A stretch of DNA of 62,367 nt, taken from NCBI GenBank assembly GCA_943328795.2, contig CALQBK020000003.1:1-62367 (forward strand), in the 5' to 3' direction. This document shows positions 1 to 8,260 of the stretch, piece after piece (position 1 is the stretch's first letter; each line of letters opens with the position of its first letter). This DNA comes from Bifidobacterium breve. Its GTDB lineage: Bacteria; Myxococcota_A; UBA796; SXON01. The translations under genes and the position numbers were made by a program. A model generated the notes under the pieces. It had not been told where the DNA came from. It made no database searches and worked only from the letters and a program-made list of their open reading frames with translations.

Positions 1-474
1 GAGCCGGGGTCTGACCGGGTCGTATCCCCTGTCGTCGAGCAAGTGGGCGACCGTGCGCGCCTCGCGTTGGCGCCTGGCGAGTACGTCGCGGTGATCGCCC
101 GGTCGTGTGGGCCAGTTCGCGTGCCGTTCACGATCGACCCGTTCACCGCCATCGCGTCGTTGCCGTACCCGCGCTGCGGGGAGACCGGGCCCGACGGGCG
201 GTGGTCCGCCGACGACGTGGCCGCGCTCCACGAGGTCGGCCTGCTCCTTGGCTGGCCCGTTTCCGGCCCGGACGGGGTGTGGGGGACGTACGACGAGGCG
301 GTCGCCGCCTGCGGGTGGTACGGCCGCGCGCTGGTGGCCCGGGCCGACCCAAGCTCGCTGCCCGTGTGGGTGGTCGGCGGCTCAGTCTCGCTGGACCTCG
401 GCTCCCCGGTGCCGCTCAGCGCGCGCGACCACGTCGTCGGCGTCGCGTGCGGGGGATTCCTCGAACCCCTTTGA
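1..474 (+). CDS. 5'-truncated hypothetical protein, possibly with a degenerate FGE-sulfatase-like C-terminus
   Basis: Frame open from base 1 to TGA at 474; TYDEAVAACGWYGRAL...GGS...VGVAC loosely resembles SUMF1/FGE-like domain motifs. Confidence 0.5.
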   Translation, partial: EPGSDRVVSPVVEQVGDRARLALAPGEYVAVIARSCGPVRVPFTIDPFTAIASLPYPRCGETGPDGRWSADDVAALHEVGLLLGWPVSGPDGVWGTYDEAVAACGWYGRALVARADPSSLPVWVVGGSVSLDLGSPVPLSARDHVVGVACGGFLEPL

Positions 475-519
475 GGAACGGCCCAGATCGGCTAAGGTGC
501 CGCGCGTTTTGGAGCGCTG

Positions 520-1371
520 ATGTCCTTCGCCTTGGCCTTGCTCGTGCTGCCCGGCTGCGCCACCTGGATCGACCAGGAGCCCGGCTGCGAGTACAACGTC
601 TACGACTGGTCGGACGATCTCTTGGCGCACATCATGAGCGGCGATGGCTCGGGCGAGTTCGACTACGACCCCGCAGACACCCCGCGGAACAGCCTCAAGG
701 GGTCCTACGACGTCGACTCCGGGGACTACTCCTGGTCTGTGGACTACGCGTCCTCGTACTTCCTGATCGACACCCAGGTGGAGGGCTACGGCACGGCGTA
801 CCACAACGGCGATCTCGACATCCTGCAGACGATCACCACGACGGACGTGCTGGCGGACCAGTACGTGTCGGTCGAGCGCACCAAACGCGAGGGCTGCCAG
901 GTCACCACCGCGACGGCGTCCGACGAGAGCATGAGCGACGCGTTCGTCCAGGTCGGCACCTACACGGACGAGAGCACGTTCGAGTGGGAGGCGGACGTCT
1001 CTGGCTACAGCTGGCAAGGGAGCTGGCACGCGAACCTGTCCCGGACCGAGACCGTCGTCGCGGACGACGGGTCCTACACGAGCCAGATCACGACCAAGCC
1101 CGAGGGCACGGCCGATGGGGACGTTGCGTTCACGTCCAGCGGCTACGACTACTCCGGCACGTACTTGCGCCGGTTCGACGGTGGCGTGGAGGAGACGCTC
1201 ACGCAGAGCCAAGGTGGGGAGACCACCGCGAACATCACCACGAACTACGACTACGACGGTTCGGGCACCGAGACCTACCGGTACCCGGACGGGTCCAAGT
1301 GCGACGTGGTGGTCACGGCGGACCAGGCCTGCAGCTACACGTGCTCAGACGGGTCGAGCGGCTCTTGCTGA
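520..1371 (+). CDS. Acidic beta-rich lipoprotein, unknown function
   Basis: GGAG SD, ATG, lipobox LPGC at residue 13, strong GC3 bias, D/T/S/Y-rich, C-terminal Cys cluster. Confidence 0.8.
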   Translation: MSFALALLVLPGCATWIDQEPGCEYNVYDWSDDLLAHIMSGDGSGEFDYDPADTPRNSLKGSYDVDSGDYSWSVDYASSYFLIDTQVEGYGTAYHNGDLDILQTITTTDVLADQYVSVERTKREGCQVTTATASDESMSDAFVQVGTYTDESTFEWEADVSGYSWQGSWHANLSRTETVVADDGSYTSQITTKPEGTADGDVAFTSSGYDYSGTYLRRFDGGVEETLTQSQGGETTANITTNYDYDGSGTETYRYPDGSKCDVVVTADQACSYTCSDGSSGSC

Positions 1372-1404
1372 GCGGCCGGCGGCCGTAGCCCGAGCTGGCG
1401 CCGG

Positions 1405-2664
1405 CTACTTCGTCGCGCTGAAGGTGTCGATCACGTTGCCGGAGAGGTCGTACGCGGTCAGGCTGAGCGCGTTGCCTTCGATCTCGACGAGGACCCAATT
1501 GTTGTCGGCTACGGCTGCGGTGGTGAACGCCTGGGACATGTCGTTCCCGTACAGGTCGGCGCCCGCCCCCGCGCTGACCACGTAGGTCGTGCCGTTCGCG
1601 ACGTCGGTCTCTTGGCCGCTGCGGAGCGGCACGCTGCGCTCGTAGTTGTGGTTGTGCCCGGTGAGGTCCAGCACCACGCCGTTCTGCTCTTCGATCGGGG
1701 ACCAGGCCTCCTGGAGGGTCGTGTTCGACCCGTGCGTCGTGCACGACGAGTACGCGGGCTGGTGGTGGTCGACGAGCTTCCACGTCGAAGTGCTCGCCTT
1801 TAGGTCCTCGTCCATCCAGGTGGCTTGGACGTCGATGTCCGTCGGGGTGACCACGGTGTCGTTCAGGTACACGAAGTGGGCGTTGGCGTAGTCGAAGCTC
1901 CACCACTGCTCGTTGCCCGGCTGCGCGAAGAGGCCGAAGTACGGCTGGGCCAGGAACTCGTGGTTGCCGTGCGCCATGAACATCGGGTGCTGTTCGATGT
2001 ACCCGTGGCCCTCGTCGAGCCACGCGCCCCACTCGTCCAGGTTCGAGCCGATGTCGATGGCGTCCCCGGAGAACAGGTAGAAGTCCGGCGCGAACGCGGC
2101 GGAGGCCGCCAGGATCTCGCCCCACACGCCCTCGTTGTCGCGCGAGTCGCCCGCGACGAGGAAGCGGAACGCGCCGGTGCTGCCCGGTTCGGGGGCGGTG
2201 ACGAACGTGCCGTCGTCCGACCAGTGGCCGTCACCCCCTACGCGGTAGTGGTACGTCGTGCCCGGCGTGAGGCCGCAGGTGTGGACCTCGTGCACGCGCC
2301 CGAACGTCTCGCCGTTCAACAGCTCGAAGCTCGCGCCTGCCGCAGTCGTACCGTAGGTGGTGTCCAGCCCGAGCTGCACCTCGGACGCGAGCGTGTCGTT
2401 GTCGGTGAGCCAGACGAGGGCCATCGTCGTGGACGGGTCGTCGGTCCAGGAGAGGTGAATCCGCGTCGGCGTGGGGGCCGAGCCGAACGTCGCCTCGTCC
2501 AAGTCTGCGGGCACCGGGTCCGTCGTGTCGACGCCGGACTGCGGGACGTAGATGGTGCCACCGCAGTCTTGCGGGGCGGAGTCGTCCTCGGCGGTAGCCT
2601 TCACGATCGAGTGGCAGCCCGCGAGGGCCCCGACCGCGCTCGCGAGCAGCAAGAGGCGGCTCAA
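1405..2664 (-). CDS. Purple acid phosphatase-like metallophosphoesterase lipoprotein with FN3-type N-domain
   Basis: Motifs GDSR, GDAID, HGNHE, HHQPAY, GHNHNYERS; lipobox LAGC; TTG start overlaps the porin stop (TTGA). Confidence 0.88.
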   Translation of the reverse strand: MSRLLLLASAVGALAGCHSIVKATAEDDSAPQDCGGTIYVPQSGVDTTDPVPADLDEATFGSAPTPTRIHLSWTDDPSTTMALVWLTDNDTLASEVQLGLDTTYGTTAAGASFELLNGETFGRVHEVHTCGLTPGTTYHYRVGGDGHWSDDGTFVTAPEPGSTGAFRFLVAGDSRDNEGVWGEILAASAAFAPDFYLFSGDAIDIGSNLDEWGAWLDEGHGYIEQHPMFMAHGNHEFLAQPYFGLFAQPGNEQWWSFDYANAHFVYLNDTVVTPTDIDVQATWMDEDLKASTSTWKLVDHHQPAYSSCTTHGSNTTLQEAWSPIEEQNGVVLDLTGHNHNYERSVPLRSGQETDVANGTTYVVSAGAGADLYGNDMSQAFTTAAVADNNWVLVEIEGNALSLTAYDLSGNVIDTFSATK

Positions 2665-3758
2665 AACCGCACCGAGCCGGCGAGGGTGAGCTTGTCGTTG
2701 AGGAACTGTGAGCCTTCGAGCTCTTGGAAGTGCGAGTACGCGAGCTGCAGCTTCACGTCGTGGAACGGGTTGGACACCGGCCCGTCGGGCCCCCGCGCGG
2801 TGGGCCGAATCCAGTAGAGGTTCAGCCCCCCGGTCAGCTCCCGCGTGTTCGGCAGCACCTGGCCGGACACCTCGCCGACCACCTGGTCGTCCGGCTCCGC
2901 TTGGCCAACCCGCGCGACGAGCTGCACGTGCTGCTTCATCCACGGCGCCGGCACGAAGGTGGCCACCGTGCCGTACCAGCCAGACTGAGCGTAGTCGGCC
3001 ACGGACGCGCTCGCGAACGCGTGCTGCCCGAGCAAGATCTCGGCTTGCAGCGACACGATGCTCCACGCGAACTGCAGCTCGCCCTCGTACTGGTTGACCT
3101 CCTCGGAGGAGTCGTCCTGGCCGATCCAATTGTAGGTCCAGCCGCCGCCGACGCCGAGGTAGAGCTTGCCGTCGCTGCCCTCGTACACCTTGGAGCGCGC
3201 GCCGAAGGGGGTGACGACGCCGCGCACCGCGTACAAGTACCGCTGGTTCACGTTCTGGAGGCGGTTCGCCCCTTCGCCGTTGAACACGCCGAGCTGGACC
3301 GTCGCGCGGTTTTCGTCGGCCACGGGCAGCGAGCCGGTGAGCATCACGCCCATGTCCCGCCCGGTCATGTCCGCGTAGGCCTGGGGTGTCGCGGGCAAGA
3401 GCCGCCGCGTGTCCGACGCCAGGTAGCCGGCGCTGTACGGCACCTTGAACTGCCCGGCGTCGACGCGAAAGAAGGACGTTGGCTGGTACCAGACGAGGCC
3501 ATCGCGGAGCAGCGGATCCGGCGTGAGCTCGACCTCGACGCGGGCGCCGATCGGCGCGACGCCGAGCTTGGCCTCGGCGCCGAGCCGGGCCGCGAGCTGG
3601 AACCCGTCCTGCGCGGTGATCGCCGCGGGGTCGTCTTGGATCCAGCTGAACGACGGGATGACGAACCCGTAGGGGGTCACCGTGAAGGGCTTTTCAGGGA
3701 CCGGCGCGGCTGGGTCGGCGGGGTGGGCGAGCGGCAGGAGTGCGAGCGCGAGCAGCAT
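2661..3758 (-). CDS. Outer-membrane porin, phosphate-selective porin O/P-like
   Basis: Signal MLLALALLPLAHP, GQFKVPYS, GRDMG, GVFNGEG motifs, alternating beta strands, C-terminal Phe. Confidence 0.78.
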   Translation of the reverse strand: MLLALALLPLAHPADPAAPVPEKPFTVTPYGFVIPSFSWIQDDPAAITAQDGFQLAARLGAEAKLGVAPIGARVEVELTPDPLLRDGLVWYQPTSFFRVDAGQFKVPYSAGYLASDTRRLLPATPQAYADMTGRDMGVMLTGSLPVADENRATVQLGVFNGEGANRLQNVNQRYLYAVRGVVTPFGARSKVYEGSDGKLYLGVGGGWTYNWIGQDDSSEEVNQYEGELQFAWSIVSLQAEILLGQHAFASASVADYAQSGWYGTVATFVPAPWMKQHVQLVARVGQAEPDDQVVGEVSGQVLPNTRELTGGLNLYWIRPTARGPDGPVSNPFHDVKLQLAYSHFQELEGSQFLNDKLTLAGSVRF

Positions 3759-3813
3759 GGCCCCACGGCTAACGCAGGCGCCCGCCCCCGGGGTTGGGCG
3801 GATAGGGCCGCGA

Positions 3814-4416
3814 ATGCTTCGTCGCGCCGATTTCACCTCCCGGGCGTTGGGGGGGCTGTGCGCGCTGGCGGTGCGTGGGATCGCGTGGACGTGGCGGGTG
3901 GAGCGCGAGCCCTGGCCGGTCGTAGGGCCGAGCGTGGTGGCGTTCTGGCACAGCGAGCTCGTGCCGATGGTGGCGCTCCACCGTGGGCGCGCGCGCACGG
4001 GCGGGGCGGCGTTGGTTGGGATGGCGAGCCAATCTGCAGACGGGGAGGTCGTCGCCGCCGCGCTCCGGGCGCTCGGGTACGGCGTGGTGCGGGGGTCGTC
4101 GTCCCGCGGGGGCGTCGGGGCGCTGCGCGCGTCGCTGGCGGCCTTGGCCGACGGGGGCTCGCCCGCGCTCGCGGTGGACGGACCCCGCGGCCCGGCCGGC
4201 GTGGCGCAGGCCGGCGCAGTGGCGCTCGCGGCCCGCGCGGGGGTGCCGCTCGTGTACGGGCGGATCCACGCGAAGGGCTGGCGCGCGCGGAGCTGGGACC
4301 GCACGCTGGTGCCGTGGCCGTTCGCCCGCGTGGCGCTCACCTACGGGGTGCTGCGCGCCGGCGAGGACCTGTCCGAGCGGCTCGGCCCTACACCGCCCGC
4401 AGGAGCCGGTCCGTGA
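3814..4416 (+). CDS. DUF374 / lysophospholipid acyltransferase-family protein
   Basis: FWH, SQSADGE, RGSSSRGG, VDGPRGP, SWDR..VPWPF motifs. Confidence 0.85.
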   Translation: MLRRADFTSRALGGLCALAVRGIAWTWRVEREPWPVVGPSVVAFWHSELVPMVALHRGRARTGGAALVGMASQSADGEVVAAALRALGYGVVRGSSSRGGVGALRASLAALADGGSPALAVDGPRGPAGVAQAGAVALAARAGVPLVYGRIHAKGWRARSWDRTLVPWPFARVALTYGVLRAGEDLSERLGPTPPAGAGP

Positions 4417-4939
4417 GCCAGCGCGTGGCCGCGCCGAGCAGCCCGCCGATCGCCCAGCCGGCCACCACGTCCGACGGCCAGTGCTGCCCGTCCACGACGC
4501 GGCTGACTCCGACGAGCGCTGAGACGGCGCCGAGCACCGGGCTCTGCACGGCAGCCGCCACCGCCGCGGTGTTGGACGCGTGGGTGCTCGGCATCGCGTA
4601 GCCCGACCCGCAGGGCAGGGGCGCCGGCACGGTGGTGACCCCGATGGTGCACGGGCGCGGCGACGCGAACGTGGGCTTCAGCAGCCGGCTGCAAAGCGGG
4701 TCAGAGATCGCGATCGCGATCGCCGCGGCGAGCAGCGCGCTGCCGGCCCGACGCGCCAGGTGGCCGAGCGCTTTGCCGTCGGCGCGCGCGACCCGGGCGG
4801 CGAGGTACAGCCGCGCGCAGATTACGACGGTCGCGATGACAGCGAGCCAAGGCGTCGCGCTCGAGGTCCCGAGCCAAGCCCACGCCGGGCCGAGCGGCCC
4901 CCGCGACCAGGCGTTGAGCGCTGCGGTCAGGTCCCCCAA
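4388..4939 (-). CDS. PAP2-family membrane phosphatase
   Basis: K..F..PRP, PSTHA, SRVVDGQHWPSDV motifs. Confidence 0.85.
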   Translation of the reverse strand: MGDLTAALNAWSRGPLGPAWAWLGTSSATPWLAVIATVVICARLYLAARVARADGKALGHLARRAGSALLAAAIAIAISDPLCSRLLKPTFASPRPCTIGVTTVPAPLPCGSGYAMPSTHASNTAAVAAAVQSPVLGAVSALVGVSRVVDGQHWPSDVVAGWAIGGLLGAATRWLTDRLLRAV

Positions 4940-5574
4940 ATGAGGGCCACGCGGGCGTCGCGCCCGCAGCCGATCCGGTAGCTGTTGTAGCGCCCGGGGG
5001 TCGTCTCGTGAAAGTCCTGGTGGTAGTTCTCAGCAGCGTAGAACGGCGTGCCCACCGGGTAGATCTTCGTGGCGATGGGCCCCGGCAGCGTGTGCGCGGT
5101 GTCCAGGGCGGTCTTGGACGCAGTCGCGGTGGCCTCTTGCGCGGCGTCTACCGGGAAGATGCCGGTCTGGTACGGCTCACCCCGGTCGCAGAACTGCCCG
5201 CCCGTGTCCGTCGGATCCACGTGGTGCCAGTACCAGTCGAGCACCTTCGCGTAGTCGAGCTTCGTCGTGTCGTAGACCACGTGGACCGCCTCGCGGTGCC
5301 CCGTGACGTGCGCGCCCACCTGCTCGTACGTCGGGTTCTTGACCGTACCGCCGGCGTAGCCCGACGTGGTGTGGACGACGCCGTCGAGCTTGTCGAAGTC
5401 GGACTCCATGCACCAGAAGCAGCCCCCGGCGAACACCGCGACGGCCTGGTGGTCGCCCGGCGTCGGGATCGGCGCGGCGGCTTCGGGATCGAGCCCCGCG
5501 CTTGCGGTGGGTGCGGCAGCCGGCGACGCGGAGCACGCGGCCAGGAGGAGGGGGAGGAGCACGCGCAGGAGCAT
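4927..5574 (-). CDS. msrA: Peptide-methionine (S)-S-oxide reductase, lipoprotein
   Basis: FAGGCFWC, GYAGG, HREAV, AENYHQDF; lipobox LAAC. Confidence 0.95.
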   Translation of the reverse strand: MLLRVLLPLLLAACSASPAAAPTASAGLDPEAAAPIPTPGDHQAVAVFAGGCFWCMESDFDKLDGVVHTTSGYAGGTVKNPTYEQVGAHVTGHREAVHVVYDTTKLDYAKVLDWYWHHVDPTDTGGQFCDRGEPYQTGIFPVDAAQEATATASKTALDTAHTLPGPIATKIYPVGTPFYAAENYHQDFHETTPGRYNSYRIGCGRDARVALIWGT

Positions 5575-5629
5575 CGCAGGAACGTAATCGCCGATCCGGC
5601 CGAGCCACTCCGTGCGTATAGTGTTCACC

Positions 5630-6184
5630 ATGCTCGATAGCCAAAACCGCATCCCCCGTCGGCACTTCATCTCCACCTTCGTCACGTCCGCGACCGCGCT
5701 CGCGGCGCTCCTCTCGTGCGACCGCGTTGGCGCAGCCCAGACCGGCCCCGAGCCGACCCCCGGCGTGCCCGGCGAGACCGACCCGGCGAGCATCGTGCCG
5801 CTGGTGCTCACGGAGGACGAGTGGCGCAACAAGCTCCCGGCAGACGTGTACGCGGTGCTGCGCAAGGCAAACACAGAGCGCCCGTTCACGGGGCGGTATT
5901 GGGACAACCACGTCGCCGGGCGGTACCTCTGCGCGGGGTGCGGCCTCGCCTGCTACGACGCCAAGGACAAGTTCGACTCCGGCACGGGCTGGCCGAGCTT
6001 CACCCGCCCGATCAAGTCGGACCGCGTCGGCAGTCGCTCGGACACCTCGTACGGCATGGACCGCGAGGAGGTGGTCTGCACCCGCTGCCAGGGCCACCAG
6101 GGCCACGTGTTCGACGATGGGCCGGAGCCCACCGGGAAGCGCTATTGCATCAACTCGGCGAGCCTCACGTTCGTCAAGGCCTGA
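5630..6184 (+). CDS. msrB: Peptide-methionine (R)-S-oxide reductase with Tat-like signal
   Basis: TERPF, CAGC, KFDSGTGWPSF, CTRC, GHVFDDGP, RYCINS; N-terminal PRRHFI. Confidence 0.95.
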   Translation: MLDSQNRIPRRHFISTFVTSATALAALLSCDRVGAAQTGPEPTPGVPGETDPASIVPLVLTEDEWRNKLPADVYAVLRKANTERPFTGRYWDNHVAGRYLCAGCGLACYDAKDKFDSGTGWPSFTRPIKSDRVGSRSDTSYGMDREEVVCTRCQGHQGHVFDDGPEPTGKRYCINSASLTFVKA

Positions 6185-6242
6185 CCTTCGCCGCGAGCCG
6201 CTTGCGGCACATGCTGGGATAGGCTGGCGGTGGAGTACACCC

Positions 6243-6731
6243 ATGTCCGACGCCGCGACCAACATGACCTTCGCCACCGCTCTCTTCCTGCTCCGGCGCG
6301 CCGGGGTCCCTGTCCAAGACGCAGCGCTCGAGGGCCTCGCGGCCGCGATTGACGCCGCGACCGACCCGCAGTCCGCGCACGACGCTGCGACGCGGCTGGC
6401 CGCAGCGCTCGACTCGACCAGCGGGCCCCAGGGCGGCCTCGGGCGCGCGTTCCCCGGGCTCACCTCGCACGTCGTCCAGGGCGACCGGCAGGACCACGTC
6501 GCCGCGCTGCGCCGCGCGAGGTTCGGCAGCTCGTTGCCGATGCTCGCCGCGATCGCCGACCGCTTCAACGGCGGCGTTGGCGTTCGCTGGGCGCTCGTGC
6601 TCGACGTTGGCGAGGACGTCTCGCTGCTCGACCCGAACCCCTGGGACGACGTCGCGGAGGACAGGCACCTGCCCCTCGGCGATTTTGCGGTCCGGTGGGA
6701 GCTGGCTGGGTCGCAGCTGGTGACGTTCTAG
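6243..6731 (+). CDS. Hypothetical protein
   Basis: GGAG SD then ATG; coding-like bias; LLDPNPWDD motif loosely reminiscent of peptidase C39-like folds, without an evident catalytic Cys. Confidence 0.7.
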   Translation: MSDAATNMTFATALFLLRRAGVPVQDAALEGLAAAIDAATDPQSAHDAATRLAAALDSTSGPQGGLGRAFPGLTSHVVQGDRQDHVAALRRARFGSSLPMLAAIADRFNGGVGVRWALVLDVGEDVSLLDPNPWDDVAEDRHLPLGDFAVRWELAGSQLVTF

Positions 6732-6840
6732 CCAGCAGTTTTGGGAATCGGTGGGGCGAACCCGTCGGCGCGCGGGCGGGACTACGAACCGCGGCCGTCA
6801 AGGTGCTGCCATCGCGCGCTCTGTAGGCTATGAATCGGCC

Positions 6841-8199
6841 ATGCGCGTACTTCTCGTCCAGGCGTTCACCGCCCTCGATATGGAGCTCGTTTACCCACTT
6901 GGGCTGGCCTACTTGGCCGCCCACTTGGACAATCACGAGGTCGACATCTTCGACGTCAACCTGCACCGCGAGGCCCCTTACGAGGCGCTCGAGGCGCGGA
7001 TCCGGAGCTTTGGCCCCGACATCATCGGGATCTCGCTGCGGAACATGAAGGTCGGGATGCCCAACCTGCACGCAGACGACTTCGAGCCGCAGCAAAAGGC
7101 CGTCGAGCTCATCAAGCGCCTCGCGCCGAACGTGAAGATCGTCGCGGGCGGCACGGCGTTCTCGCTCTACAGCGAGACGTTCATGCGCCGCATCCCGCAG
7201 ATCGACATCGGCCTGTGGGGGGAAGGGGAGCACCGCTTCCGCGCGCTGCTGGACTCGCTCGACCACCCCGAGCGCATCAAGGGCGTGTACTACCGCGACG
7301 CACGCGGCGAGGTCACCTACACGGGCACCCCGCCCGGGGAAGACTGGAAGAACCTGAAGCACCCGCGCCGGGACCTGGTCCCGCACGAGCCGTACCTCAA
7401 GTCGAGCTTCGTGAGCGTAGGCGTACAAGCCAAGCGAGGCTGCTCGCTTCACTGCATCCACTGCTCAGACACGTTCCTGCTCGGCCACCGCGTCCGCCAG
7501 CGGGACCCGAACGACGTGGTGGACGAGATCGAGTCGCTGGTGAAGGACTTCGGGGTCCGCCAGATGTTCATGTGCGACCAGATCTTCAACATCCCGCCCG
7601 GCCACGCGATCGCGATCTGCCAGGAGATCGTGCGGCGCAAGCTCGACGTGCAGTGGTCCGCCTGGTTCAACGAGCACCGCAACACCTTGCCCGACGAGCT
7701 GATGGTGTGGCTCAAGAAGGCGGGCTGCGGCTTGCTGTCGTTCAGCCCCGACCACGTCGACGACCGCATGCTGAAGAACCTCGACAAGAACTTCCGGCAC
7801 GAGGACATGCTGTACACCGTGCAAGTCGCGAAGAAGCACGGGATGGACGTCGAGTACAGCTTCTTCCTGAACAGCCCCGGGGAGGACCTGCGTAGCCTCT
7901 GGTCCGTCGTGAAGTTCCTGGGCTACGCGAGGTCCGAGCTCGGCCCGAACCTGCGGCTCTTTACGCTGCTGATGATGCAGCCGATCCGCATCTACCCGCA
8001 CACGCGCCTGCACGAGCTCGCGCGCGAGACCGGCCTCGTGGACAAGGACCACGAGCTGGTCGAGGGCCAGTTCTGGAACCCGGGCGCGCTGCAGTACGCG
8101 GTGGCCGGCATCCAGGCGGGCGCCGCGAGCGTCTACGACGCGCGCAAGAAGTTCCGCGCGATGCGCGGCAACACGTTCGACTCCGTCGTCCGGACGTAG
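6841..8199 (+). CDS. B12-binding radical SAM protein
   Basis: YPLGLAYLAA and GEGE cobalamin-binding domain; KRGCSLHCIHC CxxxCxxC; RIYPHT. Confidence 0.92.
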   Translation: MRVLLVQAFTALDMELVYPLGLAYLAAHLDNHEVDIFDVNLHREAPYEALEARIRSFGPDIIGISLRNMKVGMPNLHADDFEPQQKAVELIKRLAPNVKIVAGGTAFSLYSETFMRRIPQIDIGLWGEGEHRFRALLDSLDHPERIKGVYYRDARGEVTYTGTPPGEDWKNLKHPRRDLVPHEPYLKSSFVSVGVQAKRGCSLHCIHCSDTFLLGHRVRQRDPNDVVDEIESLVKDFGVRQMFMCDQIFNIPPGHAIAICQEIVRRKLDVQWSAWFNEHRNTLPDELMVWLKKAGCGLLSFSPDHVDDRMLKNLDKNFRHEDMLYTVQVAKKHGMDVEYSFFLNSPGEDLRSLWSVVKFLGYARSELGPNLRLFTLLMMQPIRIYPHTRLHELARETGLVDKDHELVEGQFWNPGALQYAVAGIQAGAASVYDARKKFRAMRGNTFDSVVRT

Positions 8200-8260
8200 G
8201 CCAGCCGGCGGGGCCAGCTGGGGGACGCGCTCGCCGCGCCCGGGCTGGCTCCCCGGGCCG

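Noticed and set aside
4927-6184. Selenocysteine in MsrA/MsrB
   Set aside because: Catalytic positions are ordinary Cys codons with no in-frame TGA
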